Both the position numbers and the translations under genes were made by a program. From the NCBI GenBank assembly GCA_050250375.1, contig JBFWOS010000001.1, forward strand, positions 958,361 to 1,022,360: a stretch of 64,000 nt of DNA, in the 5' to 3' direction. Positions 55,831-64,000 of the stretch are shown piece by piece. The stretch comes from Candidatus Omnitrophota bacterium (lineage in GTDB: Bacteria > Omnitrophota > Gorgyraeia > Zapsychrales > Zapsychraceae). The notes under the pieces were generated by a model. The model worked only from the letters and a program-made list of their open reading frames with translations. It was not told the origin of the DNA and ran no database searches. Numbering within the stretch: the first letter of the stretch is position 1; every line of letters starts with the position of its first letter.

Positions 55831-57651
55831 TCACAACCGGCAGATCAACAGCTCTCTTTCATACACCATTTCCTTGGGCAGATGTTCGTGCAGTTTCAGG
55901 AAAATCTCTTCATGCTGCAGGGACAACACCTGGCGCCAGCGGTCGCGGTCCACCGACATCACCTGGTCCCACTGTTCGCGGGTGAAGTCCAGCCCTTCCC
56001 AGTCGATGTCTTCGTAACGCGGCACCCAGCCCAGCGGCGTTTCCGTGGACATGGCCCGGCCGCGCGAACGGTCGACGATCCATTTGAGGATGCGCATGTT
56101 TTCGCCGAACCCCGGCCACAGGAATTTTCCGTTGGCGTCTTTACGGAACCAGTTGACGTGAAAAATGCGCGGGGTAAATGTCAGGCGTTTGCCCATCTTG
56201 ATCCAGTGCCGGAAATAGTCGCCCATATGGTAGCCGCAAAACGGGATCATGGCAAACGGGTCGACGCGCAGCTGCCCGGCCCCGCCGATGGCGGCGGCGG
56301 TCATTTCCGAACCCATGGTCGCACCCAGATAAACGCCGTGTGTCCAGTTGTAGGCCTGGAACACCAGCGGCACGTCCGCGGCGCGGCGGCCGCCGAAGAT
56401 AAACGCGTTGATCGGCACTCCCTTGGGGTCTTCCCAGGCCGGGTCAATCGTCGGGCACTGCGAAGCCGGGGCCGTGAAACGCGCGTTGGGATGCGCGGCC
56501 GGACGTCCGCAGCCCGGCGTCCACTCCTGCCCCGTCCAGTCAATGGCCTTGGCCGGCGGCGTTTCGCTCAGGTCTTCCCACCACACATCCCCGTCGGGTG
56601 TGAGCGCGCAGTTGGTGAAGATGCTGTTTTTGGAACAGGAGATCAGCGCGTTGGGGTTGGATTTTTCCGAGGTGCCGGGCGCGACGCCGAAGTACCCCGC
56701 CTCGGGATTGATCGCGTAAAGTTTTCCGTCGGCGCCGGGTTTGATCCAGGCGATGTCGTCGCCCACGGTCCACACCTTCCAGCCCTTGTCGCGAAAACCT
56801 TTGGGCGGGATGAGCATGGCGAAATTGGTCTTGCCGCAGGCGCTGGGAAACGCGGCGGCGACATACGTCTTTTCCCCTTTGGGGTCTTCCACGCCCAGGA
56901 TGAGCATGTGTTCGGCCATCCAGTTTTCATCGCGCGCCATGCATGAGGCAATCCGCAGGGCGAAACATTTCTTCCCCAGCAACGCGTTGCCGCCGTAGCC
57001 GCTGCCGTACGACCAGATCTCGCGGCTCTCGGGAAAATGCACGATGTACTTTTTGTCCTTGTTGCACGGCCAGGACGAATCCTTCTCTCCCGGCGCCAAA
57101 GGCGCGCCCACCGAATGGATGCACGGCACCACAAACCGGTCGCCGCGGTCAATCAGGTCAAACACCGCCCGGCCGATGCGCGTCATGATGCGCATGTTCA
57201 CGACCACGTACGGCGAATCGGTCAGCTGGACACCCACGTGCGAAATAGGCGAACCGATCGGCCCCATGCTGAAGGCGATCACGTACATGGTGCGGCCTTT
57301 CATGCAGCCTTTGAACACCTCTTTCAGTTCGGCGCGCATCTGTTTGGGGTCCATCCAGTTGTTGGTGGGCCCGGCGTCGTCGGGGTTGCGGCAGCAGATG
57401 AACGTGCGGTTTTCCATGCGCGCCACATCGCTGGGGTCGGAGCGGAACAGGTAACTGTTGGGCCGCCGTTTCTCGTTGAGTTTGACGGCCATGCCGCTGT
57501 CCAGCATCTGTTCCAACAGGGCATTGGATTCCTCTTCAGACCCGTCGCACCAGTGGATGCACTCCGGCTGGGTGAGGTCCGCGGTCTTCTTCACCCATTT
57601 AAGCAAGTTTTCATTTTTAGAAAGTACTTTTCCTTCGCTGAGTTGAGTCAT
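55831..57651 (-). CDS. pckG: phosphoenolpyruvate carboxykinase (GTP)
   Basis: Full-length PEPCK-GTP signatures (FPSACGKTN kinase-1a, [16 protein letters not shown]). Start at the MTQLSEG Met, with RBS AGGAAGGAG 8 nt upstream. Confidence 0.9.
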   Translation of the reverse strand: MTQLSEGKVLSKNENLLKWVKKTADLTQPECIHWCDGSEEESNALLEQMLDSGMAVKLNEKRRPNSYLFRSDPSDVARMENRTFICCRNPDDAGPTNNWMDPKQMRAELKEVFKGCMKGRTMYVIAFSMGPIGSPISHVGVQLTDSPYVVVNMRIMTRIGRAVFDLIDRGDRFVVPCIHSVGAPLAPGEKDSSWPCNKDKKYIVHFPESREIWSYGSGYGGNALLGKKCFALRIASCMARDENWMAEHMLILGVEDPKGEKTYVAAAFPSACGKTNFAMLIPPKGFRDKGWKVWTVGDDIAWIKPGADGKLYAINPEAGYFGVAPGTSEKSNPNALISCSKNSIFTNCALTPDGDVWWEDLSETPPAKAIDWTGQEWTPGCGRPAAHPNARFTAPASQCPTIDPAWEDPKGVPINAFIFGGRRAADVPLVFQAYNWTHGVYLGATMGSEMTAAAIGGAGQLRVDPFAMIPFCGYHMGDYFRHWIKMGKRLTFTPRIFHVNWFRKDANGKFLWPGFGENMRILKWIVDRSRGRAMSTETPLGWVPRYEDIDWEGLDFTREQWDQVMSVDRDRWRQVLSLQHEEIFLKLHEHLPKEMVYERELLICRL

Positions 57652-58075
57652 CTTCGTTCTCCTTCCTGACTGCAATGATAAAGTGGTCTGTCCGGCGTCT
57701 GACGCACGGACGCATTAAATTTACGGGGTGAGGAAAAAAAATATGGGTGTGCACGGATTTGGCGCGTAGCTGTTGGCAATCTGTTTGTTTTGATGAGCGC
57801 GGGCGCCGGCGGATTGGTGACGGGAAGAAATCATACCCGGGGTGCAAGCCGGCCCGAACTAATATCCTATTGTGTTCCAGCGGAAATGTTTTGTCAATGA
57901 AATGTTGGTTTTCATTGATCATTCTTTAGCGCGCCCGGTGTGAACCCGCTGATGTTCATGTCTGAACCGGCTGCAGCATCAATTAAGCCTGTCTAAAAAA
58001 TGATTCCATAAAAAAACAGGCACCGGTTCTTGGAAAACCGATGCCTGTTTTTTCTAAAAGGCGATCGCTCTAACC

Positions 58076-58708
58076 TCAAGTTTTTTTGGGAATTTTTATT
58101 ATAAGCTCACCTCCTTCCTGTTTGGTTTGTGCCTTTGGTGTATCCGCATCGACCGGTAAAGGGAGAGTTCTTAAGAATGACCCATAAGTGCGGGAGCTGT
58201 AATAGCCGTTTTGCGCGTTTTCTTCCGATTCGGAGGTTTGTTGGCCGGAGATGGTGATTGACTGCTGGTCGATCCGGATATCTATTTTATCCTTATCAAA
58301 ATTCTTGATGTCCAGGCTGATAAGGTAATGATCTTTGTTGTCCTTAATGGCAAAGTCTTCATCATAAAACATGTGGCTGTTGAGCAGGCCGCTGTGTCCG
58401 GAAAATCCCGGCTGAAAGAACGAATGCCGGAACATCCGGTTCATCTCCCGCTGCATCCGGTCCATCTCTTCGATCGGGTCCCAGCGGTCGATGGCTGTCT
58501 GTGGGCGGACGGTTTTTCCGGCGCTGGCCGATTCAAGTTCCTCCACCCGTTTCTGCAGGGCCTCGATCTGCGATTTCAGGGCGTTGATATTGTCCTCAGC
58601 CGACACACCTGACGGGAGACAGATAATCCCTGTTAAGATGACGGCCGAGGCCAAAACAAATAAAACTGTTTTTTTCATGGTCATCCCCTTTCCTTTCAAT
58701 TCCAGCAC
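58076..58708 (-). CDS. Hsp20/alpha-crystallin-domain protein with an N-terminal signal peptide and coiled coil
   Basis: C-terminal ACD (YLISLDIKNFDKDKIDIRIDQQSITISGQ...GELIIKIPKK). Signal peptide MKKTVLFVLASAVILTGIICLPSGVSA, probably starting at the internal Met (58678). Confidence 0.55.
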   Translation of the reverse strand: MLELKGKGMTMKKTVLFVLASAVILTGIICLPSGVSAEDNINALKSQIEALQKRVEELESASAGKTVRPQTAIDRWDPIEEMDRMQREMNRMFRHSFFQPGFSGHSGLLNSHMFYDEDFAIKDNKDHYLISLDIKNFDKDKIDIRIDQQSITISGQQTSESEENAQNGYYSSRTYGSFLRTLPLPVDADTPKAQTKQEGGELIIKIPKKT

Positions 58709-59067
58709 GCCCGGTTCTTGTCCAGGGCGCTGCGTACTTTATCCAGAAGCGTCTTGTTCCCTTCTGATTTGTCAAAATGGTCAAAGGCCCCCGGCATGAT
58801 ATTTTTCTGGTCTTCCACCGGATAAACACTGGAAACGATGATCTTGGTCCCGCGGTGAAAACATTGGGTGACTTCATACAGCACGTCTCCGCTCAATTCC
58901 CCCATGTTGATATCCAGAAGCATAAGATCAATGTGGATGATCTTCATGAACGTCCGGGCATCAACGACATTCGCGGCCAGGATCACGTTATGGCCTTCCT
59001 GCTCAAAAAGCAGCCGGTAGATTTTCCTGATCCGTTCTTCGTCATCGACAACAAGTATGGTTGACAT
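58696..59067 (-). CDS. single-domain response regulator
   Basis: ILVVDDEERIR, DLMLLDINMGELSG. Confidence 0.7.
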   Translation of the reverse strand: MSTILVVDDEERIRKIYRLLFEQEGHNVILAANVVDARTFMKIIHIDLMLLDINMGELSGDVLYEVTQCFHRGTKIIVSSVYPVEDQKNIMPGAFDHFDKSEGNKTLLDKVRSALDKNRACWN

Positions 59068-59178
59068 CGGGGCCTCCTTTTATTTGGTGTACAGTAAGAG
59101 TTATACCTTTTTACGTATAAAAGGATGATTAAAATAAGATTAAATTTTTCTTATATTGTAGGGAAGGCCGCGCAGGGG

Positions 59179-60663
59179 TCAGCCCGGCAGGATGATTTCT
59201 TTGACCGGGAGGATGATGGTGAATGTCGTGCCCGCCCCCGGCTGGCTCTGGACAGTGATATCGCCGTTATGGGCCCGGGCGATTGAAAGGGCGATGCTTA
59301 ACCCCAGTCCCGTGCCGGGGTCGGATTTCTCATCGTCTTTGTGGACACGGAAAAACTTGTCGAAGATCTTGAGCAGGTTTTCTTCCGATATCCCTTCACC
59401 GGTATCGGTCACATCAACGAGATATTTCTTGTCCTGGATCCGGGCGTTGATGGAGATGGTTTTACCCGGCGGGGTAAACTTGATGGCGTTATGGATGATA
59501 TTGTGGAACAGCCGCCGTAAATGCACTTTGTCCGCGCTGACCACGGCCCGGCCTTCCGGAAGGACAAGGCCGGCGGTGATCTCTTTTTGTTCGGCCAGGA
59601 TCTTGCTCTGTTCATGGATCTCTTTTAGAAATCCGGTTAACTCCAGATCCTCAAAGCTGAACACCTCGGGTTTATAATCAAGCTTGGCCAACAGGAGCAG
59701 GTCCTTGATCACCTTGATCAGCCGGTCGGTTTCTTCCAGGCAGCCCTGCAGGACCTCCCGGTACCGGCCGGGGTCCTTTTCCCCTTCCAGCGCCAATTCG
59801 ATCTCGCCGCGGATAATCGCCAGCGGCGTCTTGAGTTCGTGCGCGGCGTGGGAGCTGAACTCATTGATATGCCCGAAGGATTTTTCCAGCCGCCCGATCA
59901 GCCCGTTAAACGAATTGACCAGATGTTCCATTTCTTCATCCGTCTTTTTTCCGGTGATGCGCCCGCTCAGGCTCTTGTGCGTGATGGAATCCGCCAGGTC
60001 AGACACTTCTTTGACCGGCCGCAGCGCGCTGTCGGCGAAGATCGCCCCGACAAAACTGGTCAGCAGCAAAAGGACGATGACCGCCCCGATCATGAAGAGC
60101 GAAATATTTTTCAGAACGATGTCGGTTGAACGCAGCGATGTGCCGATCTGCAGGTACAGCTGGACATTGGAAAACATGACCGGCATGGCAATGGCCCGCA
60201 GCCGGTATTTTTCATTCTTGAGCGTCTTGTAAACAACCTGACGGCCCGTCGCCGGAAGCTGTTCTTTGAACAGGGCGTAGATTTCATCCCTGAAATTATT
60301 CGAACTGAGGACTTCGCGACCGCGGCCGTCCGTCAGATGGATAAAATCATCTTTGAGATTGAGCGCCTCGACCTGTGACCGCCAGAGGTCGTCGATAATC
60401 ATCTTCTGGTTGATCCCCAGCTCCTGGCGCTTGAGCATCTCCAGCATCTGGGCGACCGGATGCCTGGAGCTGTACTGGATCCTTTCATAGGCGTACAGGA
60501 TATTGGTCGTCTCAACGGCCTTGATCTTTAATTCTTCATCCAGGTTTTTATAAAGGATATTGCGCACATCCAGATAGATGACGGCGCTGAAGACGCTCAG
60601 GATAAAGGCCAGAAGGCCGGAGTACAGGATGCTGGCTTTAAAGCGGATGGAGTTGATATTCAT
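59179..60663 (-). CDS. sensor histidine kinase (periplasmic domain, HAMP, HisKA, HATPase)
   Basis: H-box SSHAAHELKTPLA, N-box HNIIHNAIKFT, and G1/G2 DTGEGIS...GTGLGLSIA. Confidence 0.8.
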   Translation of the reverse strand: MNINSIRFKASILYSGLLAFILSVFSAVIYLDVRNILYKNLDEELKIKAVETTNILYAYERIQYSSRHPVAQMLEMLKRQELGINQKMIIDDLWRSQVEALNLKDDFIHLTDGRGREVLSSNNFRDEIYALFKEQLPATGRQVVYKTLKNEKYRLRAIAMPVMFSNVQLYLQIGTSLRSTDIVLKNISLFMIGAVIVLLLLTSFVGAIFADSALRPVKEVSDLADSITHKSLSGRITGKKTDEEMEHLVNSFNGLIGRLEKSFGHINEFSSHAAHELKTPLAIIRGEIELALEGEKDPGRYREVLQGCLEETDRLIKVIKDLLLLAKLDYKPEVFSFEDLELTGFLKEIHEQSKILAEQKEITAGLVLPEGRAVVSADKVHLRRLFHNIIHNAIKFTPPGKTISINARIQDKKYLVDVTDTGEGISEENLLKIFDKFFRVHKDDEKSDPGTGLGLSIALSIARAHNGDITVQSQPGAGTTFTIILPVKEIILPG

Positions 60664-60664
60664 A

Positions 60665-61336
60665 TTATTCTTCCTTCAGGATATATCCTGTTCCGCGGAT
60701 GGAATCGATCATTTTTTTATCAAAACCGTCATTGATTTTTTTACGCAGATAATTGATGTACACGTTGATCACATTGGAAAAACTGTCGAAGTCATCGTTC
60801 CAGACGTGTTCGGAAATCATCGTGCGGGTCACGACCTGGTTGACGTTCAGCATCAGGTATTCCAGAAGCGAATACTCTGTGCTGGTCAGTTCAATGGGTT
60901 TCCCCGCGCGTGTCACCTGCCGGCTGACCTGGTCCAGTTCCAAGTCCGCGACTTTCAGGCGGGTCGTCTTGGTGTGGTCTTTGCGGCGGGTGAGGGCCCG
61001 GACCCGCGCCAGAAACTCCGCGAACACAAACGGCTTGGTCAGGTAATCGTCGGCCCCGGCATCGAGACCGGTGACCTTGTCTTCCACATCGTCCCGGGCC
61101 GTCAGCATCAGGATCGGGACCAGGTTATTCTTCTTGCGGAACTGGCGGCAGACAAACAACCCGTCTTTCCCCGGCATCATGATATCCAGCACAATCAGAT
61201 CATAGGGATTACTTTCGGCCTGGAACAGGGCGTCGTTGCCGTTGTCGACCACGTCCACGGCATAACCTTTTTCCTTTAACCCGCGTTTGATAAAGCTGGC
61301 CAGCTTCCGTTCATCTTCGGCGACTAATATGCGCAT
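60665..61336 (-). CDS. OmpR/PhoB-family response regulator (CusR/CopR-like)
   Basis: MRILVAEDERKL, DLIVLDIMMPGKDG, and a winged-helix C-terminus. Ends 1 nt before the HK start. Confidence 0.85.
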   Translation of the reverse strand: MRILVAEDERKLASFIKRGLKEKGYAVDVVDNGNDALFQAESNPYDLIVLDIMMPGKDGLFVCRQFRKKNNLVPILMLTARDDVEDKVTGLDAGADDYLTKPFVFAEFLARVRALTRRKDHTKTTRLKVADLELDQVSRQVTRAGKPIELTSTEYSLLEYLMLNVNQVVTRTMISEHVWNDDFDSFSNVINVYINYLRKKINDGFDKKMIDSIRGTGYILKEE

Positions 61337-61456
61337 GGGTGCTCACCTCTGTTTGATCCAACAAAACAAAATTTTAAATATACTACCACATTTTTCCTGG
61401 TCTGCCGGTCAAATTTTTATAACCGCCCTGCCCAAAGGCAAACCCCCAGGAAAAAT

Positions 61457-61490
61457 AAAAAGGCCCGGTTCAGAGAATCGGGCCTTTTTA
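61457..61490. terminator. bidirectional intrinsic terminator (GGCCCG-loop-CGGGCC flanked by A/T runs)
   Basis: AAAAAGGCCCGGTTCAGAGAATCGGGCCTTTTT, located 3' of the small lipoprotein gene. Confidence 0.55.
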
Positions 61491-61510
61491 CAGAACTGTA
61501 AATCTAAAAT

Positions 61511-61642
61511 TTACTTCGTTTTTGCGGCATCCATGGTTTTGGCGCAGCAGGGTTTGTCACATCCGACCGGACACATCTTTTTCATGGTGCAGCATCCGGT
61601 GAAGGTAAAGACAACCGCCAGCAGAACTAATAATTTACGCAT
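61511..61642 (-). CDS. small Cys-rich lipoprotein (43 aa): MRKLLVLLAVVFTFTGCCTMKKMCPVGCDKPCCAKTMDAAKTK
   Basis: Not in the track. GAGGAG 6 nt upstream of the ATG. Lipobox FTGC. Seven Cys including CC, CxxxC and CC pairs. Terminator immediately downstream. Confidence 0.45.
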   Translation of the reverse strand: MRKLLVLLAVVFTFTGCCTMKKMCPVGCDKPCCAKTMDAAKTK

Positions 61643-61740
61643 ATTTGCTCCTCTCTAATATTAGTTAATGCTTATGATACGTCCCGGAAATAGACTCGTC
61701 AATCGATAAATCATGAACCTTTTTTTATCCGGCGCTCCGG

Positions 61741-62295
61741 TTATTTGGATTTACGCTCCCCCAGCCAGGCCTTGTGATCTTCTTTGCGGCCATTTCTAAA
61801 TTCCATATTTTCTTTTTTCTGCATTTCTTTATGCGCTTTTATCGCGGCATTTCTTTCTTCTTTTGTCAGGTCAGGAGACAGACCGTCGAGAAAAGCTTTA
61901 TTTTCGTCCTGCTGTGACTGAAAATGGGCCCGGGCTTCATCCCTTTCTTCCTTGATCTTCTTAATGCGTTCGGCCTTTTGATCTTCGGTCAGCTTGTCAT
62001 TGTTCTTGATCTTGTTAATTCTTTCCTGAAACTGTTCCTCTCTGAATTCCCTGTTTTCGGATTTCTGTTCTCCTTTATGTTCCTTCATGGCGGCCTTGCG
62101 GACTTCCGGTTCCATATCCTTCATCTTTTCCCGGAATTCCTTGTTTTCCATTTTCTGTGTTTCTTTAAACGCCTTTCGTTCTTCTTTCATTTCCACCGGT
62201 TTCTTGGCCAGCGCGTTATTTGCCGCCAAAAACATTGCGGTAAACATGATGAATAAAATTTTCTTTTTCATACGGGCTCCTTGGTCCTTGGTCAT
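61741..62295 (-). CDS. LTXXQ-motif periplasmic protein (CpxP/Spy/ZraP-like), K/E-rich
   Basis: Signal peptide (from the MKKKILFIMF Met). LTEDQKAERIK and LTKEERNAAIK motifs. Repetitive charged helices. Confidence 0.5.
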   Translation of the reverse strand: MTKDQGARMKKKILFIMFTAMFLAANNALAKKPVEMKEERKAFKETQKMENKEFREKMKDMEPEVRKAAMKEHKGEQKSENREFREEQFQERINKIKNNDKLTEDQKAERIKKIKEERDEARAHFQSQQDENKAFLDGLSPDLTKEERNAAIKAHKEMQKKENMEFRNGRKEDHKAWLGERKSK

Positions 62296-62392
62296 TGGTC
62301 AATTTTAGAATATTATATCGGTTTAACCCGAAGTATCAATCATAGTTCCGCCAATTAAAAATGGCCCGCGGCTTAAAAAATCTCAGGGCAGC

Positions 62393-63973
62393 CTAGTTTT
62401 TTACGCAGTTTATCCGGGGAAGACCTCGAAAACAGAATTTATCCCGCAGGAAATACCAGACCAGTAACAATAGGAGAAGAATCAACGCGGACGGGGACGG
62501 CGTATTGAAATCCTCTTCGAACTCCAGCCCGCCGGTCGCGGCCAGACGCTGCTTTTCTTTTACACTCAGGATTTTCCACTGGGTGCTGCGCTCAACGACA
62601 ATGAACGATGTCGAGAACGTCATCAGCCCCGATTTCTTTCCGGCCTTCACGATCGCCGGGAGTTTCTCTTCAAAAACGGCGGGGTTGTGCAGGATTTCCA
62701 GATTCTCCAGCTGAAGCCTTAACCCGTCGGCATATTCGGAATGGAATTCCATCCGCTGCACTCCCGGGACCGGGTCAAACTGATGCGTGGCGGGATTAAG
62801 AACCTTTAGTTCAGCGGTGTTAAAAGGTCCGTTAAAAGGAATAATCAACGGCTGACCGGTGGCGGCGGGGACACGGGAAACCACTCCGCCGAAGGACAGG
62901 GTAATTGCGTCCTCTGTCTTTCCAAAGTCCGGCCGTGACCATAAGGGTTTCTTTGTGACGTCTCCAGCTCCTGTTGAAAGCAGATATTCGTTTTCGTACG
63001 GAGACAACGTCTGGTAAAAATCCATGTCCTGTAAATCGAGGATCGCCGGGTTCCCCGTGGAGATCACCACAAAGACCGGATACGGTTCCAGTGATTGCCC
63101 GTTGATCTTGACCGCAGAGGGTCTGCGGACCAGATCATGTTTGATGGCCCGCTCCAGGTTGAGGCTGCCTTTGTGCCCCAGGGTAATCCTGCCCAGCGCG
63201 TTCCGGACCTGCGCGCGGTCATTCAGGTCGATATACTCCGGTGTGACGTCCTGCAGGTCAAAATTGGCGGCTGTTATCTTTCCGTGACCAACAGCTGAAT
63301 CACCGTATTTATTTAAGACCGCCGAGATTTGGTCCATGTATTTCAGGTGCCCACCCTTACTTCCTTTTGAATAATCCAGGATAAAATGAAAATAGGCCGG
63401 CGGTTTGCCTGAAGACAATTCTTTCAGTTTATGTTCCGGGATAATCACGGCCGCCCGGTGTTCATCCAGCTGGCTGAGGTAGATGGACGGTTGCACGGCC
63501 TGGCCGCTGACCAGCGGGATCAACTCATCGCCGAACTTTACCGACGGATTCAGTCCTTTCGGAAATGAAAATTCAATGATCGCCTCGCGTACCTGGTCCT
63601 TCAGGAACGGGTACACGCTAAAATGGACGCGCTGCGCAGAGACATAGTTCAAAAGTCCCGGGTCACGACGGGTAAAATCCCTGATCATGTGGTACACCCA
63701 CATGGCCGTACGTTTTTCAAATATTTGTCCGGGGACCATTTCCTCATCCACCTTCAACTGAAAATCCGTGATTAAAACGCCGGACGGAATCTCCAGCTCC
63801 CTGAAGAACTCCGCGGTGTCACTCGCGCTTTTATTTTGCATGTTCAGATGGATCCGGCTCCTGGTGAAATCCGTGACTTGTTCGACCGAGACTTTAAAAG
63901 ACGCCAATTCAACATTCCGGTCGCGGGTCACGGGCCTTGGATTGAACCGCCGGCCCCGTCCTCTGGTCATCAA
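62393..63973 (-). CDS. large secreted/anchored protein, possibly VIT-like N-terminus, with a C-terminal hydrophobic-plus-basic tail
   Basis: 526 aa. C-terminus ...NTPSPSALILLLLLLVWYFLRDK resembles a sorting-signal or TM anchor followed by basic residues. Confidence 0.35.
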   Translation of the reverse strand: MMTRGRGRRFNPRPVTRDRNVELASFKVSVEQVTDFTRSRIHLNMQNKSASDTAEFFRELEIPSGVLITDFQLKVDEEMVPGQIFEKRTAMWVYHMIRDFTRRDPGLLNYVSAQRVHFSVYPFLKDQVREAIIEFSFPKGLNPSVKFGDELIPLVSGQAVQPSIYLSQLDEHRAAVIIPEHKLKELSSGKPPAYFHFILDYSKGSKGGHLKYMDQISAVLNKYGDSAVGHGKITAANFDLQDVTPEYIDLNDRAQVRNALGRITLGHKGSLNLERAIKHDLVRRPSAVKINGQSLEPYPVFVVISTGNPAILDLQDMDFYQTLSPYENEYLLSTGAGDVTKKPLWSRPDFGKTEDAITLSFGGVVSRVPAATGQPLIIPFNGPFNTAELKVLNPATHQFDPVPGVQRMEFHSEYADGLRLQLENLEILHNPAVFEEKLPAIVKAGKKSGLMTFSTSFIVVERSTQWKILSVKEKQRLAATGGLEFEEDFNTPSPSALILLLLLLVWYFLRDKFCFRGLPRINCVKN

Positions 63974-64000
63974 TCCGTCAAACCTCCACGCCGGGTGTTT

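Noticed and set aside
55882-57669. Long ORFs (354 aa, 210 aa, 169 aa) overlapping pckG
   Set aside because: High-GC antisense or alternative frames of a full-length PEPCK-GTP gene; Arg/Ala/Pro-rich.

Overview
This is a 64 kb bacterial window with about 50% GC. It looks Gram-negative, since it encodes a TonB-dependent receptor, an OmpA-family lipoprotein and outer-membrane beta-barrel proteins. Almost every gene is on the minus strand.

Housekeeping genes are GTP-dependent PEP carboxykinase, glutamate dehydrogenase, a DEAD-box helicase, a beta-CASP MBL ribonuclease, a DASS transporter, a glutaredoxin-like protein and tRNA-Leu(CAG). There are several two-component systems and four orphan single-domain response regulators.

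Accessory content worth a second look:
- A RiPP-like locus at 26.9-32.4 kb. A 38-aa Cys/Trp-containing peptide with a strong RBS sits directly upstream of a radical-SAM/SPASM maturase. This peptide is not in the ORF track. A peptide-type SBP and a TonB-dependent receptor lie upstream, and a histidine kinase with an AraC-type response regulator lies downstream.
- A defence-type island at 35.9-47.3 kb. It holds a candidate Hachiman pair (DUF1837-like protein plus SF2 helicase). Next to it is an unexplained four-gene cassette: a 549-aa unknown protein, a SAM-methyltransferase fused to a PD-(D/E)xK domain, an NDT/SLOG-like protein and an MfnB-family aldolase. The island also has a YhcG-N::SNase nuclease fusion and a class-3 lipase.
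- A REP/RAYT hotspot at 32.4-35.7 kb with mosaic palindromic repeats, an IS200-like HuH transposase lacking a canonical start, the second of two paralogous higBA-like toxin-antitoxin pairs (the first is at 21.1-21.7 kb), and a DinD/Bro-N protein.
- At least seven copies of a roughly 170-200 bp MITE-like element with GATAAG-rich terminal inverted repeats, between 48.3 and 54.3 kb.
- A pyruvoyl AdoMetDC / GNAT-like / ATP-grasp / PLP-decarboxylase / MgtC operon at 5.9-10.4 kb.
- An envelope or metal-stress module at 58-62.3 kb: a signal-peptide Hsp20, a two-component system, an unannotated 43-aa Cys-rich lipoprotein and an LTXXQ protein.
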